This document shows, piece by piece, positions 27,768 to 40,840 of a stretch of 64,000 nucleotides of DNA. Numbering within the stretch: the first letter of the stretch is position 1; each line of letters starts with the position of its first letter. The position numbers were made by a program, and so were the translations under genes. Under the pieces are notes generated by a model that had not been told where the DNA came from, made no database searches, and was given only the letters and a program-made list of their open reading frames with translations. Source of the DNA: Felis catus. Its lineage: Eukaryota. The stretch is from assembly GCF_018350175.1 (NCBI RefSeq), contig NC_058368.1:73038001-73102000 (forward strand), read 5' to 3'.

Positions 27768-27955
27768 CTCAGGTTTTCCAAATTTGGCTGCATGTCAGAA
27801 ATGCTTGGCATGTGGGGAAGAGGGCTAATAAAAACATATCCACAGGCTACACATCCAGAGATTTTTTTCATCAGATCTGAGGCGGTCCTGGCCACCTGGA
27901 TTTTTAGAGCTCCCTACGTCCTTCTTAGGTACAGCCGGTGTGGGGAACCAGCTTT
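27768..27955. mobile_element. MER5-like hAT fossil
   Basis: caggttttccaaatttggctgcatgtcagaa...ggggaacca. Confidence 0.6.
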
Positions 27956-27957
27956 TG

Positions 27958-28170
27958 GTAGACTGAGATCAGAAGAGTTCGAGTCATAGCTTTGCCATTT
28001 ACCAGTTCTGAAACATTGGGACAGGCAACTTAAGACTGTCTAACCTTCATGATACTCATCTATAAAATGAAGGAAAAAATACTATCCTTGCAAAGGTCTT
28101 ACTAGGATTACATAGGATAATGTAATGTTGGGCACTGATACCAACATAAAATTGATGCTCAAAAGAGGTT
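27958..28170 (+). mobile_element. MIR
   Basis: gagttcgagtcatagctttgccatttaccag...ctcatctataaaatg. Confidence 0.65.
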
Positions 28171-29636
28171 TATGTCCTTTCCTCTTTTTCCTTAAAATTG
28201 GCATCTACTATTGACATTGAGGCATACTTCCTGTTCTATAACCTGTGAAGTAATATTATAGAGACCCCCATTTAAAGCATGGAACTCGACCAAAAACAAA
28301 TGCTCTGCCTGTTTCCGTGGGTTGAGTTATATGGCCACCAGGCCATATGTGTTTGCTGTAGGCAAATTCCAGACACTATAAAAATACTTACACAAACTAA
28401 AACCCAAGGGCCTCTCACATGGCCCAGCATCATTCAGCGTTCCAGCACAACACGATACACGTAAACTGGGTAACTTGAGAAAAGGGGGTTTATAAAAGAA
28501 CCGTTTACAAGAGTCTGGGCAAGGTACACAGAAACCACAAGGGACAGTGACAGTACCCTGGAACTAAAGATGGGGGTCAAAGGGCTACAACCACACCTAA
28601 GCCAAAGGGGTGAGGCAGGGCATGGTTGTTCAGACCTGGAGTCAGAGTTGTCCCACAGGAACCTGGATCAAGGGACACGGCTGGCCCACAGTGACCCTTC
28701 AGGATGACAGTATGAGGCATAGGTCCCTGACCTCACTCTTCTCCCTCCTGCTAGCTGCTTGGTAATGCTCCCCAAAGGTCAGAAGTCAGGACCAGCCTCC
28801 CAGGGATGGGGTGAAGAAGAGTTAAGAGTGGACTTGAGCAGAAAAGGGAATTCATCCCACGTAAATCCTAAGTCATTCATTCAGTATCACAACGAAACAC
28901 GTTCTCTCACCCCAAGTAATTAAAAATAGTTCTAATATTTACTTGTAGCTTTTGAAAGCATTAAAAGAAATCCAATTCATAACCAAAAACACAAATTAAA
29001 ATGCCTTTTCTCTCTTCCTCTGCCATTCACACCTTCCTCAAAATCTCCCTCCAGAATGCCGCCCTCACCGCCCTTTATGTGTGGATTACTTTTTCCTGTA
29101 AGTAAAACTGGCTCCTTCTGGTACAAACTCCCCAACCCTTCGGTTCCCTCCATCCCCAGCTCTGCTTTGCAAATGTGCAGAAACAGAACTGGCAGGCTCA
29201 TTATCTCTTTCAGCAAGCACAGAGGAAGGTGAGTGTAAAGGGAGGGGAACTGCAAGCAGGGACACGTTGGCATGTACTTTGTTTATCTCGGACTTAGAAA
29301 AAAATAGGAGCTCTTCTGTGGACAACACAGCAAAAAGCAAATCTGGGAAGGTCCTCTCTGTGAGCCACTCCTGGCCGTTATTCCCAAGTAACTCATGGTA
29401 ATATAACTACCAACTATATCTGGTACTTGCACTGGAACCAGCACCATTCAATATTTTCACGGGTTTTATTCTCCTTGATTGTCACAAAATAGTCCTGTGA
29501 GGTAAGTAGGAGTTTTTATTCCCTTAAGACTGAGGAATGCTAAATTACTAGATAGAAGAATCACAGTGAAAAGTGTGAAAGGGAAAATGCTAGACAGAAT
29601 TCAGTTAAAAAAAAAGGGTTTAGGGTGCTTACCATG

Positions 29637-29792
29637 TTTTTGTTTGTTTTTTAGAGAGAGACAGAGCATGAGTTGGGGAGAGGGGTAGAAAGAAAGAGGA
29701 ATTTTAGCCAGGGTCCATGCTTAGCATGGAGCTCAATGCAGGGCTCGATCCCATGACACTCAGTGGACTGAGCTACACCACCCAGGTACCTC
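29637..29792 (-). mobile_element. Older, internally deleted CAN-SINE
   Basis: Antisense T tail, gagagacagagcatgag, gggctcgatcccatgac, ccacccaggtacctc. Confidence 0.85.
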
Positions 29793-29800
29793 AAAAAAGG

Positions 29801-29801
<1 letters not shown>

Positions 29802-29854
<53 letters not shown>

Positions 29855-30003
29855 ATACATATATATATACATATATATATACATATATAGGGTATATATA
29901 TATATATACATATATATACATATATATAACCTATATATGTATATATACGTATATATATTTGTCTCTAAGAATTGAAAACTCTCATACATATATACATATA
30001 TAT
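29802..30003. repeat. (TA)n / (TACATATA)n AT-rich repeat
   Basis: Seen directly. Confidence 0.95.
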
Positions 30004-30142
30004 GAAAACACTTATTTTTATTTTGCTTTATTTTTATTTAAAACATACACATATAGTGATTTAAAACATATATATAGTTTTAATTCAAATTATTTTGATT
30101 TATTAAATAATCAAAATAATTTGAGTTAAAACACATATGCAA

Positions 30143-30355
30143 TTTTTTTTAATATTGACTCATTTTTGAGAGAGAGAGAGAGAGACAGAGAGAGAGAGCA
30201 AGTGGGGGAGAGGCAGAGAGAGAAGGAAACACAGAATCTGAAGCAGGATCGAGGCTATCAGCACAGAGCCCAATGTGGGGCTAGAACCCACACACCGTGA
30301 GGTCATGACCTGAGCCAAAGTCAGATGCTCAACCAACTGAGCCACCCCGGCACCC
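30143..30355 (-). mobile_element. CAN-SINE, antisense
   Basis: cacagaatctgaagcagg...actgagccaccccggcaccc. Confidence 0.95.
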
Positions 30356-31029
30356 AACATATATAGTTTTCAATCAATATAAATTCTCATTTCACCTGTT
30401 TTAGAGCATACAAATGGAGATTTCTGGGAAATATAAGAACAAAAATATTTGTTTCCTTCCTGCATTGCCACTCACAAACATTAGCGGAAGTAATTTAAAA
30501 ATAAAATAAAATTGCAATGACAACAATATCAGGAAGCTATGAGAACTCAGTTAGAAAGACTAAGAAGACTAGTGCAAAATACAATAGAATTGGAACAAAA
30601 TGAGAGAACTCATGGGCAATTTATATTTCTCTAGATCTTGACCAAACTGGACATCTAATTAGTGATCTTTTAATTAGAGTGAGAAAGACTGGGGTCAACT
30701 TCTGCTTCCCTGAACAGCACAGGAGGCTGGACTAAAGGTACACGTTGGCCATTTAGATTTTTCCCACTAAGACTCCTAATGCCAAGAAACTTCCCAAAAC
30801 GGAATTGGAAGGGCAGAAGGGAGAGGATCTTCCCCTCTGAAGGCATTGCCCAGACACATCAGATGAATTATAAACACTAAATTACAACATTTTTTAAAAA
30901 TGTGATTTATATGTTCAATAACAACAAGCCTAATCTTTTGAGTGGGTGATCTGCTCACCCCCAAGAGAAAATATAGGGCATAAAAGAGAGAAAGAGAGTC
31001 GGGGAAAGGGACAGACAGAGGCAAAGGTC

Positions 31030-31997
31030 AAAGTAAATACTACATTTCAGGAAAGAATTGCCCCCAATAAACAAAAGCAAATTTAAATCAAATGATACTC
31101 TTCAAGAATCTAAAGGGAATGTGGATTCTGGGCAAAGAATTTAAGAAAGATATGAAAGAGATAAAAGAAGATAAAAGGTAACAAACAAAGATAAGAAGGG
31201 AAATGACCAATTTCAGGAAAGAAATGGAAAACAGCACAGGCAATTTTCATATGAAACCTATATTTGAAACAGCAAAGAGTAGGATATATACTATTGAAAC
31301 CGTTAAGAAACACAAAGGGCAATCTTCAAAAGCAAATTACGTAAAACAAAAATAAAATAGTGAAGGTACAAATTCATTGTAGAGAAAATAATAGACAAGA
31401 AAAAACAAGTTTAAATGTGCAAAACTGATATTACTGAAGAAAAATAATGGAACAGAAAAATTCAGAGATTTAGTGCGAAAAAATCTTTCTTAAATAAAGG
31501 ATAACTTAAAATTAAATAGTCATACTATATTTACAAAGAAATTATGCAGAAATACTAAGATTGAATATTCTGGTGAAATTTCTTGACCTCAAAGCAAAAG
31601 GTGAAATTTCTATTCAAAACTAATGGTTAGAATGATGTCCATAAGCCAGACAATTGATTTGGAACTTGACCACTCCTATTCTAGGAGCTTTGCAACGAAA
31701 CAGTCTGAGATATTTTTCTATCCTCCAGCACCTAATATGTCCTTGGCACAGTGTAATGTAGGAAAAAAATTAGCATTTCAGACAAGTCTTAGATATTTCC
31801 ACTTCAACTATCAATGACTAACTCAGTGGAGAAATACCTTCAAAATTCTAACAGAAAAAAATATATGACTTCCAAACTTTATACTCAGCCATGTCTTTGA
31901 GTCAAATATATAGATAAGAGAAATTAATTTTTAAGCATTCATGGGCATGAGTAATAAATTGGTGATTCTTTAAATTTACATAAATACTATGTGTGTA

Positions 31998-32049
<52 letters not shown>

Positions 32050-33110
32050 TCCAAGTGATAAATCAAAATAATGTGTACTATATGAAGGATCAGTGCTAGA
32101 TCAATATAAATTAAAAACTAGATCTAAATGCATATGGTAATTATGGTTATAGAACAGAATGTGAATGGTATAAACCTTGAAATGCAAAAATAATAATGTA
32201 TAACACTTAGGAAGTAAAGGAAAATGTAAACATAGCAATTCTCTCATTTTTCAAGGCAGGCAGAAATTGTATAAAGTTAATAATCAAGAAAGAGTTATTC
32301 AAATTTATTATTTAAGAATATTTTAAAAACCATTAAAGAAATAGGTTAGTTCAGCTGATACTTTTTTTGCCCCCAGAAGTGCAAAGAAAAATACAGGCAA
32401 TTTAGCTAAAACTACGTAAGAAAGGAAGCAATAAATTATGAAATACAGCATTCTAAGATATCAAAAGACCAAATACACTTGTGAAGTCAATAAGTGTAAA
32501 TGGAATAAAATCAATTCTTTTAAAAAACGTTGTAATAGTGAAAAAGTGAGAGCAATATAATGCTCATCCTTGAGGGCACAAAAATGTGAACACTGGGAAC
32601 AGAGATTTTGTCTGTCTTATTAATTATTGCATCCCTAGCACCTAGCATACATCCAGACACATCACAGGAAAACAACATCATCAACTAATGTACTGATTTC
32701 ATAATAAACCATACAAAAGAATAATGTGTAGCTGTGAAAACGCTCTAAAGAACTAAGGTCTAAAAGTGACTGATGTGATAAGTTTTGCGTGATGTTGTAG
32801 TAAGTGGAAAGAGAATACTGCAATACAATATTACACTATGATCTCCTTTTTATTAAAACAAGATATATAGATATTATGTAAAAGTTATATAAGTAATAAT
32901 ACATTATGCATACATAGAATGTTTATACAGGAAAATGTCTAGAATATAAAAATATATCTGAAAATCTCAACAGAGGTGCTGATGGAATAATAGGAGGAGA
33001 GAAGCAGAATTCCATGTTTCATTTCTGACTAGTCTGTTATGTTTTAACTATTTGCAATGAACATATTAATTTTATAATTTCAATCATTTAGATTAAAAAT
33101 AAATAAAAAT
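31030..33110 (+). mobile_element. Very old L1-related (HAL1/L1ME-like) fragments
   Basis: A-rich ORF1-like remnants (tggagaaataccttcaaaattctaacagaaaaa...aactttatactcagcca) and an L1ME-like 3' end; interrupted by (TA)n(CA)n. Confidence 0.5.
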
Positions 33111-33809
33111 GACAATGTCATCTGGAAATGTCTATCACTAATCCTTAGATCATAAAACATATGGGGAAAAACACATTGCATTATTCAAATAGAGACAAAT
33201 TAAGAAAAATATTTACATCCAAAGCCTAATGATAAGTCTATTGATAAACCCACTATGGCAACCAATTTCATCTACTTCCATAACAAGAAGATGGTTCTTT
33301 GGTCCCTGAGAAGATAGAGATTTCATTTATGCTGGTGAGATAAGCTCTAGATTTTGAACCATATTACCTAATAGAACAATCTGGAGAAACATAACCTAAG
33401 TGTCCAACTCATACTCATATTCTATACTCATATTCTATACATATTCTCATACTCATTCTATATTCTGAAAAGAATATAATCAGAGCCTAATGTTTGGTTC
33501 ATACAGAAAAAGTGGACTGAAACAGGCAATAAAAGATTTTTCAGGCACAAATATGCATAAAAATCAAAAAGAATTCAAGAAAAGCAAAAGCCCTATGGTA
33601 CGAGATGAAGTCCAGCTGGATGTATGTGAAGTCGATAGTGGGACAATTTCCATAAATACATCACAAACTGCATGGATCAGCAATTGACTGCAAAGGTAAA
33701 ACTAAGTCCTTCTTGTTAGCTCCAAAAATGTCTCTCAATATGGACAGCATGGGATGGGCAGGTTATGTGGAGAATGTAATCCTACTCTTTACAGCAGGTA
33801 GGTTACTAT

Positions 33810-33990
33810 ATAAAGAATGGTAATCAACTTTTCATCATCTCTTATGAAGATAGTATCAGGAACAATGTGTTTGAACTATGTAGTAGAGGATTTTATTCAG
33901 ATATAAATAGGGAGGTGCTGAGTTTCTTGGATAAGTCAAATGATCATCCTGGCAATCTTTGAAAAATGGATGGATATCATCTGTTTAGTG
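33810..33990 (+). mobile_element. L3/CR1-like fragment
   Basis: caggaacaatgtgtttgaact...gaggattttattcagatataa resembles the CR1/L3 3' region. Confidence 0.35.
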
Positions 33991-34299
33991 CTCCTAGGTT
34001 ATAATGATGTCCATGAGCTAGACGCCTGACCAGGGGCTTTGTACCTGGCCACACCAGAACCTGGGAGCTCTTCAAGGACAAGGACCAGGTTTTTTTCCAT
34101 CATCGGCCACCGGCACCTAGTACTGTGCCTGAATAAGTACAGAAACAAGTCTGTGGTGTTAAATTCCTACAATAACAGGATTATTGTAATTATCAATAAT
34201 TATGATTTAAATAAATAATTTAAATATTAATTAAATATTAATAGGATTTAAAATCCTATTAATCATCTGACAAGAGAGATGTAAAACATGGAACACTCA

Positions 34300-35000
34300 G
34301 AGGGGAAAAAATGATCCATATCTCCTCACCTTAAAACAACCAATATAAATATCTTTCATTTTAGTCTCTCTGCCTAACATATTTCATATATTTTAAGCCT
34401 AAACATAATTTCTACCTGATTTTACATCAGAAACATTTCCCATGTTATTACATACTTTCCACAAATCTTATTTGAAAATCTGTATCATAATACATGAAGT
34501 GACTTTACCATTGATTCCCAAAACGTTTTCTTATAGTTGGAAGTTTAAGTTCTTCCCAATTCTTTACAGTTTACTAGGTTTGTTAACTTAGAATACATCC
34601 CAGAAACAGAATTACTTAGCAAATACATAAAAACATTTAAGGATCTTTATACATATCATCAAATTGTTTTCTAAGAAGTTAATTTGATAAATAATACAAG
34701 TTGAATTTTACTTTACACACTTTCAACTAAAAGTTAGATATATAGGCATATAGAAGTATAGACCTATATGTAAATATTATATATATGTAATATATTACAT
34801 TGCATTATAGGTTTTAGCCTTTTATTTTCCCTTCTTTCTAAATTGTCTGCTCAAATTCTTTGTTCATTTATTTGTGTCTTAATGGTTTTGATCATGTATT
34901 GTTGTGAATTCATGATACAATAAATATATTAGTCATATTTGTAGCAATATATAATGTTTGCATATATACTTTGTATAAAAAGCTTTCAAATATTTTTCAT
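34300..35000 (-). mobile_element. Old L1ME-like fragments, antisense
   Basis: T-rich text such as catatcatcaaattgttttctaagaag and aattgtctgctcaaattctttgttcattt. Confidence 0.45.
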
Positions 35001-35989
35001 GTTCAATAAATTTCATATAATGTCAGTATCATTGCTGTTATCATTGAATGAATACACGGAAGTATTACTTCCATGCTTAATCTATTTTTTTTAAAAAATG
35101 AGTAAATAAACTTTTGTACAAGTAGTCAGCATAACTATAATGGACAAATTTTATGTACTCATAAACTCTGCATGCCCTACAAAGAGATACTATTGGTTTT
35201 ACCCTGTTCCATAGAGGAGTGATTTGGTCAATTGCCCTTGGCTGTGTGGTAAATTCTCATCAGAATTAAAATGAAGATAATAGCTATTGACTCGGTATTT
35301 GGTGACCTTTTTTTCTCGATAAAATTCTAAATCTTTGTCAAAGTTATATATATAACTATATATGTAGTAACTATATATACAAGATTTAGAATATAGTTAT
35401 ATATACATATATATATAAATGATAAATATAATATTTGTTTGCCAGTTCCTCAACACTTTCTTTCCTGCAAAATAAAACTCTATCACAGACAACCTTCTCT
35501 TCATAATTCTCCCTTTTGTCCATCTGGTACATTTTAGTCCTATCAGTTGATGTCCTTCTCCCCAAATACACCATAAATGTTCACAATTCTGGGTCATGCT
35601 CTTCCTCCATTCTCTACCTACTGTGCATTTCTTCATTCCTCAACATAGCAAACCCCAAGCTATCATCTGAGCTACAATCAAATATGATCCCTTCAGTGAA
35701 TTCCTGTGGATAGCCCCAGACAAGTGAGTTACTGTGAGTACTAGTGCCTTTTATTCATACACACTAAAAACATTATCACATTGTATCATATTAATTTTAA
35801 TGTGTCTATTTTCCCTACCAGACTAAAACTTTAAATCTCAAATAATGACTACAGTGTCTGGGTGTTCCATAAACATGTGATGGATTGTAAGTGCTTTCAG
35901 CGAGTACTTTTTGGTGCCTGTCTGATAGGTGGCCGAGTAGAGGGCATGGCATAAAAATAATCCAAAACTGTCATTGGAATCTTTCTTTT

Positions 35990-36600
35990 TCTTTCTATCT
36001 CTACTCGGAACTCCTTAGACCTGGCCGCCATCATTTCTCACCTAGCACACGTTGGTAGCATCCTACCAGTCTCTGCTTCTTTGTTTGCTCCAGCCAAATA
36101 GTCCTCTCCACTCAAAACTCAGAAGAATCATTTTAAAATATAAACATGGTCAGTCTTTTCTCCTCAATGGCTTCCAGCTACATTTAAGTAAAATCCAATT
36201 TCTTATCCTGGCGCCATGTCTCTCAACAAGCTGATCCTGGCCAACTTTTTGACTCTCTACCTTTTGCCCACTCCTTCAAGCCATTCCCTCCCCCTATAAT
36301 GCTCTTCCCTCTGACATTTTCTTGGGTTGGCTTTTTATTCCTATAAAGATTTGAGTTTAAATGTCACAGGCTCAGAAACTAAAGTATCCCCATTTTTTCA
36401 GTCTTAATACTTTATGTTAATTTATGCATTTCTCATTGTTTATTTGATTTTTTTTTGCTTATATATTCTCGCTTATTACTTGTCTCCTACCAGTAGAATA
36501 TAAGCCCTGAGGAGAGCAGAGACCTTGTCTATGTGTTTTTCATCACTGTAAGCCCAGTGCTTGACACAAACTAGGTACATAGTAGATAGGCCTCAATGAG
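35990..36600 (+). mobile_element. L2 3' fragment
   Basis: catcatttctcacctag...tagaatataagccctgaggagagcagagacc...cccagtgcttgacaca. Confidence 0.7.
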
Positions 36601-36619
36601 TACATAGGAATAGTGGTGG

Positions 36620-36905
36620 CAGTAGTAATAACAGATAATACTTATTAAATGGTTACACACAAAGTTGTGTTCTAAATGCTTCATACATGCTAACCCATTT
36701 ATTTCGCACACAAACACATACACCCACGAAACTACGCACTAGGAAAGGCAGTCATTGTCCTCACCCCATTTTAGAGATGTGAAAACTGAAAAACAGAACT
36801 GTTAAGAAACTAACCCAAAGTCACACAGCTATTACTGAAGGACATAGCCAGAATTTGAATTATGTCACACTAACAGGGAACCTACTCTCTCAACCACTGC
36901 ACTAT
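36620..36905 (-). mobile_element. MIR, antisense
   Basis: ccccattttagagatgtgaaaactgaa...cccaaagtcacacagct. Confidence 0.7.
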
Positions 36906-37009
36906 TATATACATATCATTTTAAAAAACAGAAGTGGCAAACTCATTAGAAAGATTTTTATATACTAGTTTTAAATCTATCTTGATTTAATTAAAATATG
37001 TTATCTGTT

Positions 37010-37232
37010 GGGATGCCTGGGTGGCTCAGTCGGTTGACCGTCTGACTTTGGCTTGGGTCATGATCTAGCAATTCACAGGTTCTAGCCCCACCTCGGGGTC
37101 TATATTGACAGCTCAGAGCCTGGAGCCTGTTTTGGATTCTGTGTCTCCCTCTCTCTCTGCCCCTCCCCCAATCACACTCGGGTGTCTCTGTCTCTGCCCC
37201 CGCCAAAAAAAATAAACATTAAAAATTTTTTT
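37010..37232 (+). mobile_element. CAN-SINE
   Basis: gggatgcctgggtggctcagtcggtt head; degenerate TSD aatatg(t)tatctg. Confidence 0.95.
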
Positions 37233-38652
37233 AATATGTATCTGATGAGTTCAAAGAAGAACATTTTAAAAAATAAAGCAGATTAGGTTATCACTGCTGA
37301 AATCATGTCTTAGGACCTGCCATGAGATGAATAAAAACCAGTGACATAAGAGCTAAATCCAATGTCTGTCCCTAGAAAAAAGGCAGACTTTCTTTCCCCG
37401 AAAGAAAGCTGCAGGGAATGCATGGGACTTCGCTACACTGCATTATCTTGACAAAAATGTAGCAACCTGGACATATGGTGTGGCTCAAACCCGTGCTGAG
37501 TAACTTTTGGACAGGGACACTGAAGAATATACCTAGCCTGGTTAATAATAGCAAACCACTGATCCGTCAACTAATGGTGTTTATAGGAAATAGAATTCAC
37601 GGGAAAAAGAAATAGCAGCATGAGACAATTAATCCACAACATGTAATTTCCTTCTCTGTGCATAGCCTTCACCAAGAGGAAATCTGAAGATTCACCACCT
37701 GTTCAGATGTGCCTTTTCTAAGATTTAGAATGGCCTCCCGCCAAAATGACGAAAGGCATTAATTTATACCACATAATAAAAATAAACACGGTGTTCACTG
37801 CAAGGTAAGTTTTGTGGTCCAAGAGAGAATGAAGTGAAAAATAGCAACATTCTCAACCCTCAATCTCCTAATTTTAGTAACAGATATTTTATGTGTACTA
37901 ATTTAGAACACCTGAAATTTAACACACAAAAAGTAGTGACTTCGAATGCATTTGTTATGACCAAGCTGTATTCCCAATTCATGGCGAACACTCATCTTAA
38001 AATTTTTCAGCTTTCCTTTCTTTTTGTACAGGTCCAATTTTAAAGCCTCCTTCAACTAAATGTTTCTTTCTCTCCTATTTTCCTCCCTCTTGGTTCTCTC
38101 ATGTATTCCTAATAACTGTCTACTCTGCATGAAACTGAATCCAGTCAAGGGGCAATGTAAATCGGATCCAAATCCAGTCATCACCACTTCTAACCACATA
38201 ACCATAAGCAAATTGCCCAATTCCTCAGGCTTCATTTTCTCATACGAACAATAGTGAAAATTATACTTACTCCATGGGGTTTTGTTAAGACTAGCACATA
38301 CTTTGTAAAAAGCATCTGGCACACAGTGACTGCTCAGTACTGTATCTGTCCCTGCTGCCACTGACCGCACCTGTCTACATGGTGGGCATCCCACTTCATG
38401 CTATAATCCTCGTTATCATATAGTCTACCTAAACATTCTTTTTGGGTAATTGTTACAATAACACCTCCAAATCTATAATGGTTTTAACACAGTGAATCTC
38501 ATATTGGGGTACCTGTTCCTCTGAGAGGTAGAAATATTTATTTTAGTTCTAAAAAAAAGTTACATATATTTGTGAAACCTTGCAGAAGCCAACTAAAATC
38601 TCAAGGTTCCTTCCTAGTAAGTCTAGAATTTTATCAGTTGAACTATTTATTT

Positions 38653-38653
<1 letters not shown>

Positions 38654-38689
<36 letters not shown>

Positions 38690-38868
38690 CAACTATAATA
38701 TTCATTGAAGCAAGGATGCTCTAGTAAAATGTAGGTGATCAATAAGTAAAAAGAATAAAATGCCAATTTTCTAATGTTGCTCAGAAGCTCTGATTAACAC
38801 CTGTATAGAATACATTATTTTAAGAATGCAACTTGTTTAGAGGTTAATAATCTATCAGACAAAGGATC

Positions 38869-38913
<45 letters not shown>
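38654..38913. repeat. Two (CA)n microsatellites (38654-38687 and 38872-38913)
   Basis: Seen directly. Confidence 0.95.
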
Positions 38914-38917
<4 letters not shown>

Positions 38918-40587
38918 AGGACCACTTAGTAGAAGAAGTATTGAAAACCACTTAACCCATTTAACCCATACTCTAGTTATATCTGACTTGACACACTATA
39001 TCTTTAATTCTCAGCGACAGAGAATGATGCCTATACACTTTGTACCCTATGTGGAGTTTTTTGTTTTGTTGTTACTCATCATAATTTAATAAATTATTTT
39101 GATAATGGTAATAATAGCTTTCAACCCATAAATAACTGTGAAATCCACAATAATTAAATGCATATTGATTTTCCATAAGCACATCAAGATTATATGTCAC
39201 CTATAACAGAATCTTAGCATACATTTGAGTATTTCCTCCAGAATTATTTTTGTTATGTCCTTGTATCTTTGTATCAAATGACAAAGATTAACTATTTCTC
39301 CTCATGGGTAATACTTTCTGTAATATCCTGCAGAAACCATTCATCTGCTTCTTGAGACATCTCTTGTTTGCACTCAAAAATTACAAACGGTTCATCCTTG
39401 GTCTTTTGTATAAATTAAAAGATATGCAAAAATATACTGTCTGATGAAGAATTTAAGTCATGATGTCTGGACTAGAAGCATTCTTTTTTTTATAATCTCT
39501 GAAAAAATTCTTGCATTTTCATTTAAAACATGAGGAATCTCTCTCCTAATCCTTAAAGTAGAACAGCTTTTGAAATATTTGAAAAGTAAAAAAGGTAAAA
39601 ATGAATTTGAGAGCAATGAGCTAAGGATTCAAACACGAAGTCACTCCATTGAGAAACACCTTGTTGATAATCCCAATGGTTTACAGATACAGAATTTGGG
39701 TCTCAGACTTTTGTGATTGATGAACTCCTAGGTTTAGAACAGAAATGGTACTCACTGCCCTGTGACGTGAGTCCAAATACTAGATCCTCAAAGGAAATTC
39801 CCTTCCCAATGGTCACCTCTGCTTAGCCCAATAAAGTGTGCCTTCAGTTGAACTCCCTCACAATCTTCTCAAAACTAGTAAAAAGGCAGGGATATTTTAA
39901 GTGATTTTTAGCATATTACATTTCAGGTGTTCTACATTCACTTTGCAAAGTGAAATGAACAGATATGATCCTAGGTGTGTGTCATTTGCAATATCGACCC
40001 AGATGATAATGACCAGGATGGACACAGTAAGGATGATATAAGGACACCACTGAATGGTCATGAGTAAAAACAACACATTCTCAAATTGAAGAGCAATAAA
40101 ACAGTAAAAACAAACAAAAATCTTGCAGCATACCCACTTCTTGAGCTACCATCGTGCTACTGTGCAGATGGAGGGGATGTGAAACAACTAGGAACTTCCA
40201 GGTCAGACTCAGACTGGTTTGCAACAAATTACTCAATCTGAGATTGAGTTTTTGTTACTAACTTGGAGAGTCCAGGTTGTCTTCAGGCTTGCGCCAGACC
40301 ATAGAAGTGAACACCAATGCACAGTGAGGGCTCATTAACCGTGCTTTCCCCTTAAGCACTGAGTTATACTAACTAGGGCTTTCTGGGAATTTCTGGCTGC
40401 CTACCTTGGAAATTGATACATACATGTAAAACATATCATTATTATATCGTGTTTAATTCTAGCCACTGTACCAAACAGTATTCAAATTACTATGCAATAC
40501 AGGTTTACACAAGGAAAAGTGTGCCTTTTGTTATTTTATTTTTTTAGCATAGAAGTGCTAGCGTCTTATTTAAATAAAATTATTAGT

Positions 40588-40725
40588 GGGGCACCTGGGT
40601 GGCACAGTTGGTTAAGCATCTGACTTCAGACCAGGTCATGATATCACAGCTCATGAGTTCAAGCCCCATGTAGGGCTCTGTGCTGACAGCTCAGAGCCTG
40701 AAGCCTGCTTCAGATTTTGCGCGCG

Positions 40726-40770
<45 letters not shown>

Positions 40771-40840
40771 CCCTCCCCTGCTCATGTTCTGTCTCTCTGC
40801 CTCTCAAAAATAAACATTAAAAAAATTCAAAAATAAAAAT
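40588..40840 (+). mobile_element. CAN-SINE with an internal (GC)n(GT)n expansion
   Basis: Typical head and tail; gcgcgcgcatgtgtgt... replaces tgtgtctccctctctctct. Confidence 0.95.

Noticed and set aside
33408..33466. Short repeated ctcatattctata units as a CRISPR-like array
   Set aside because: Degenerate minisatellite without unique spacers, in a mammalian context.
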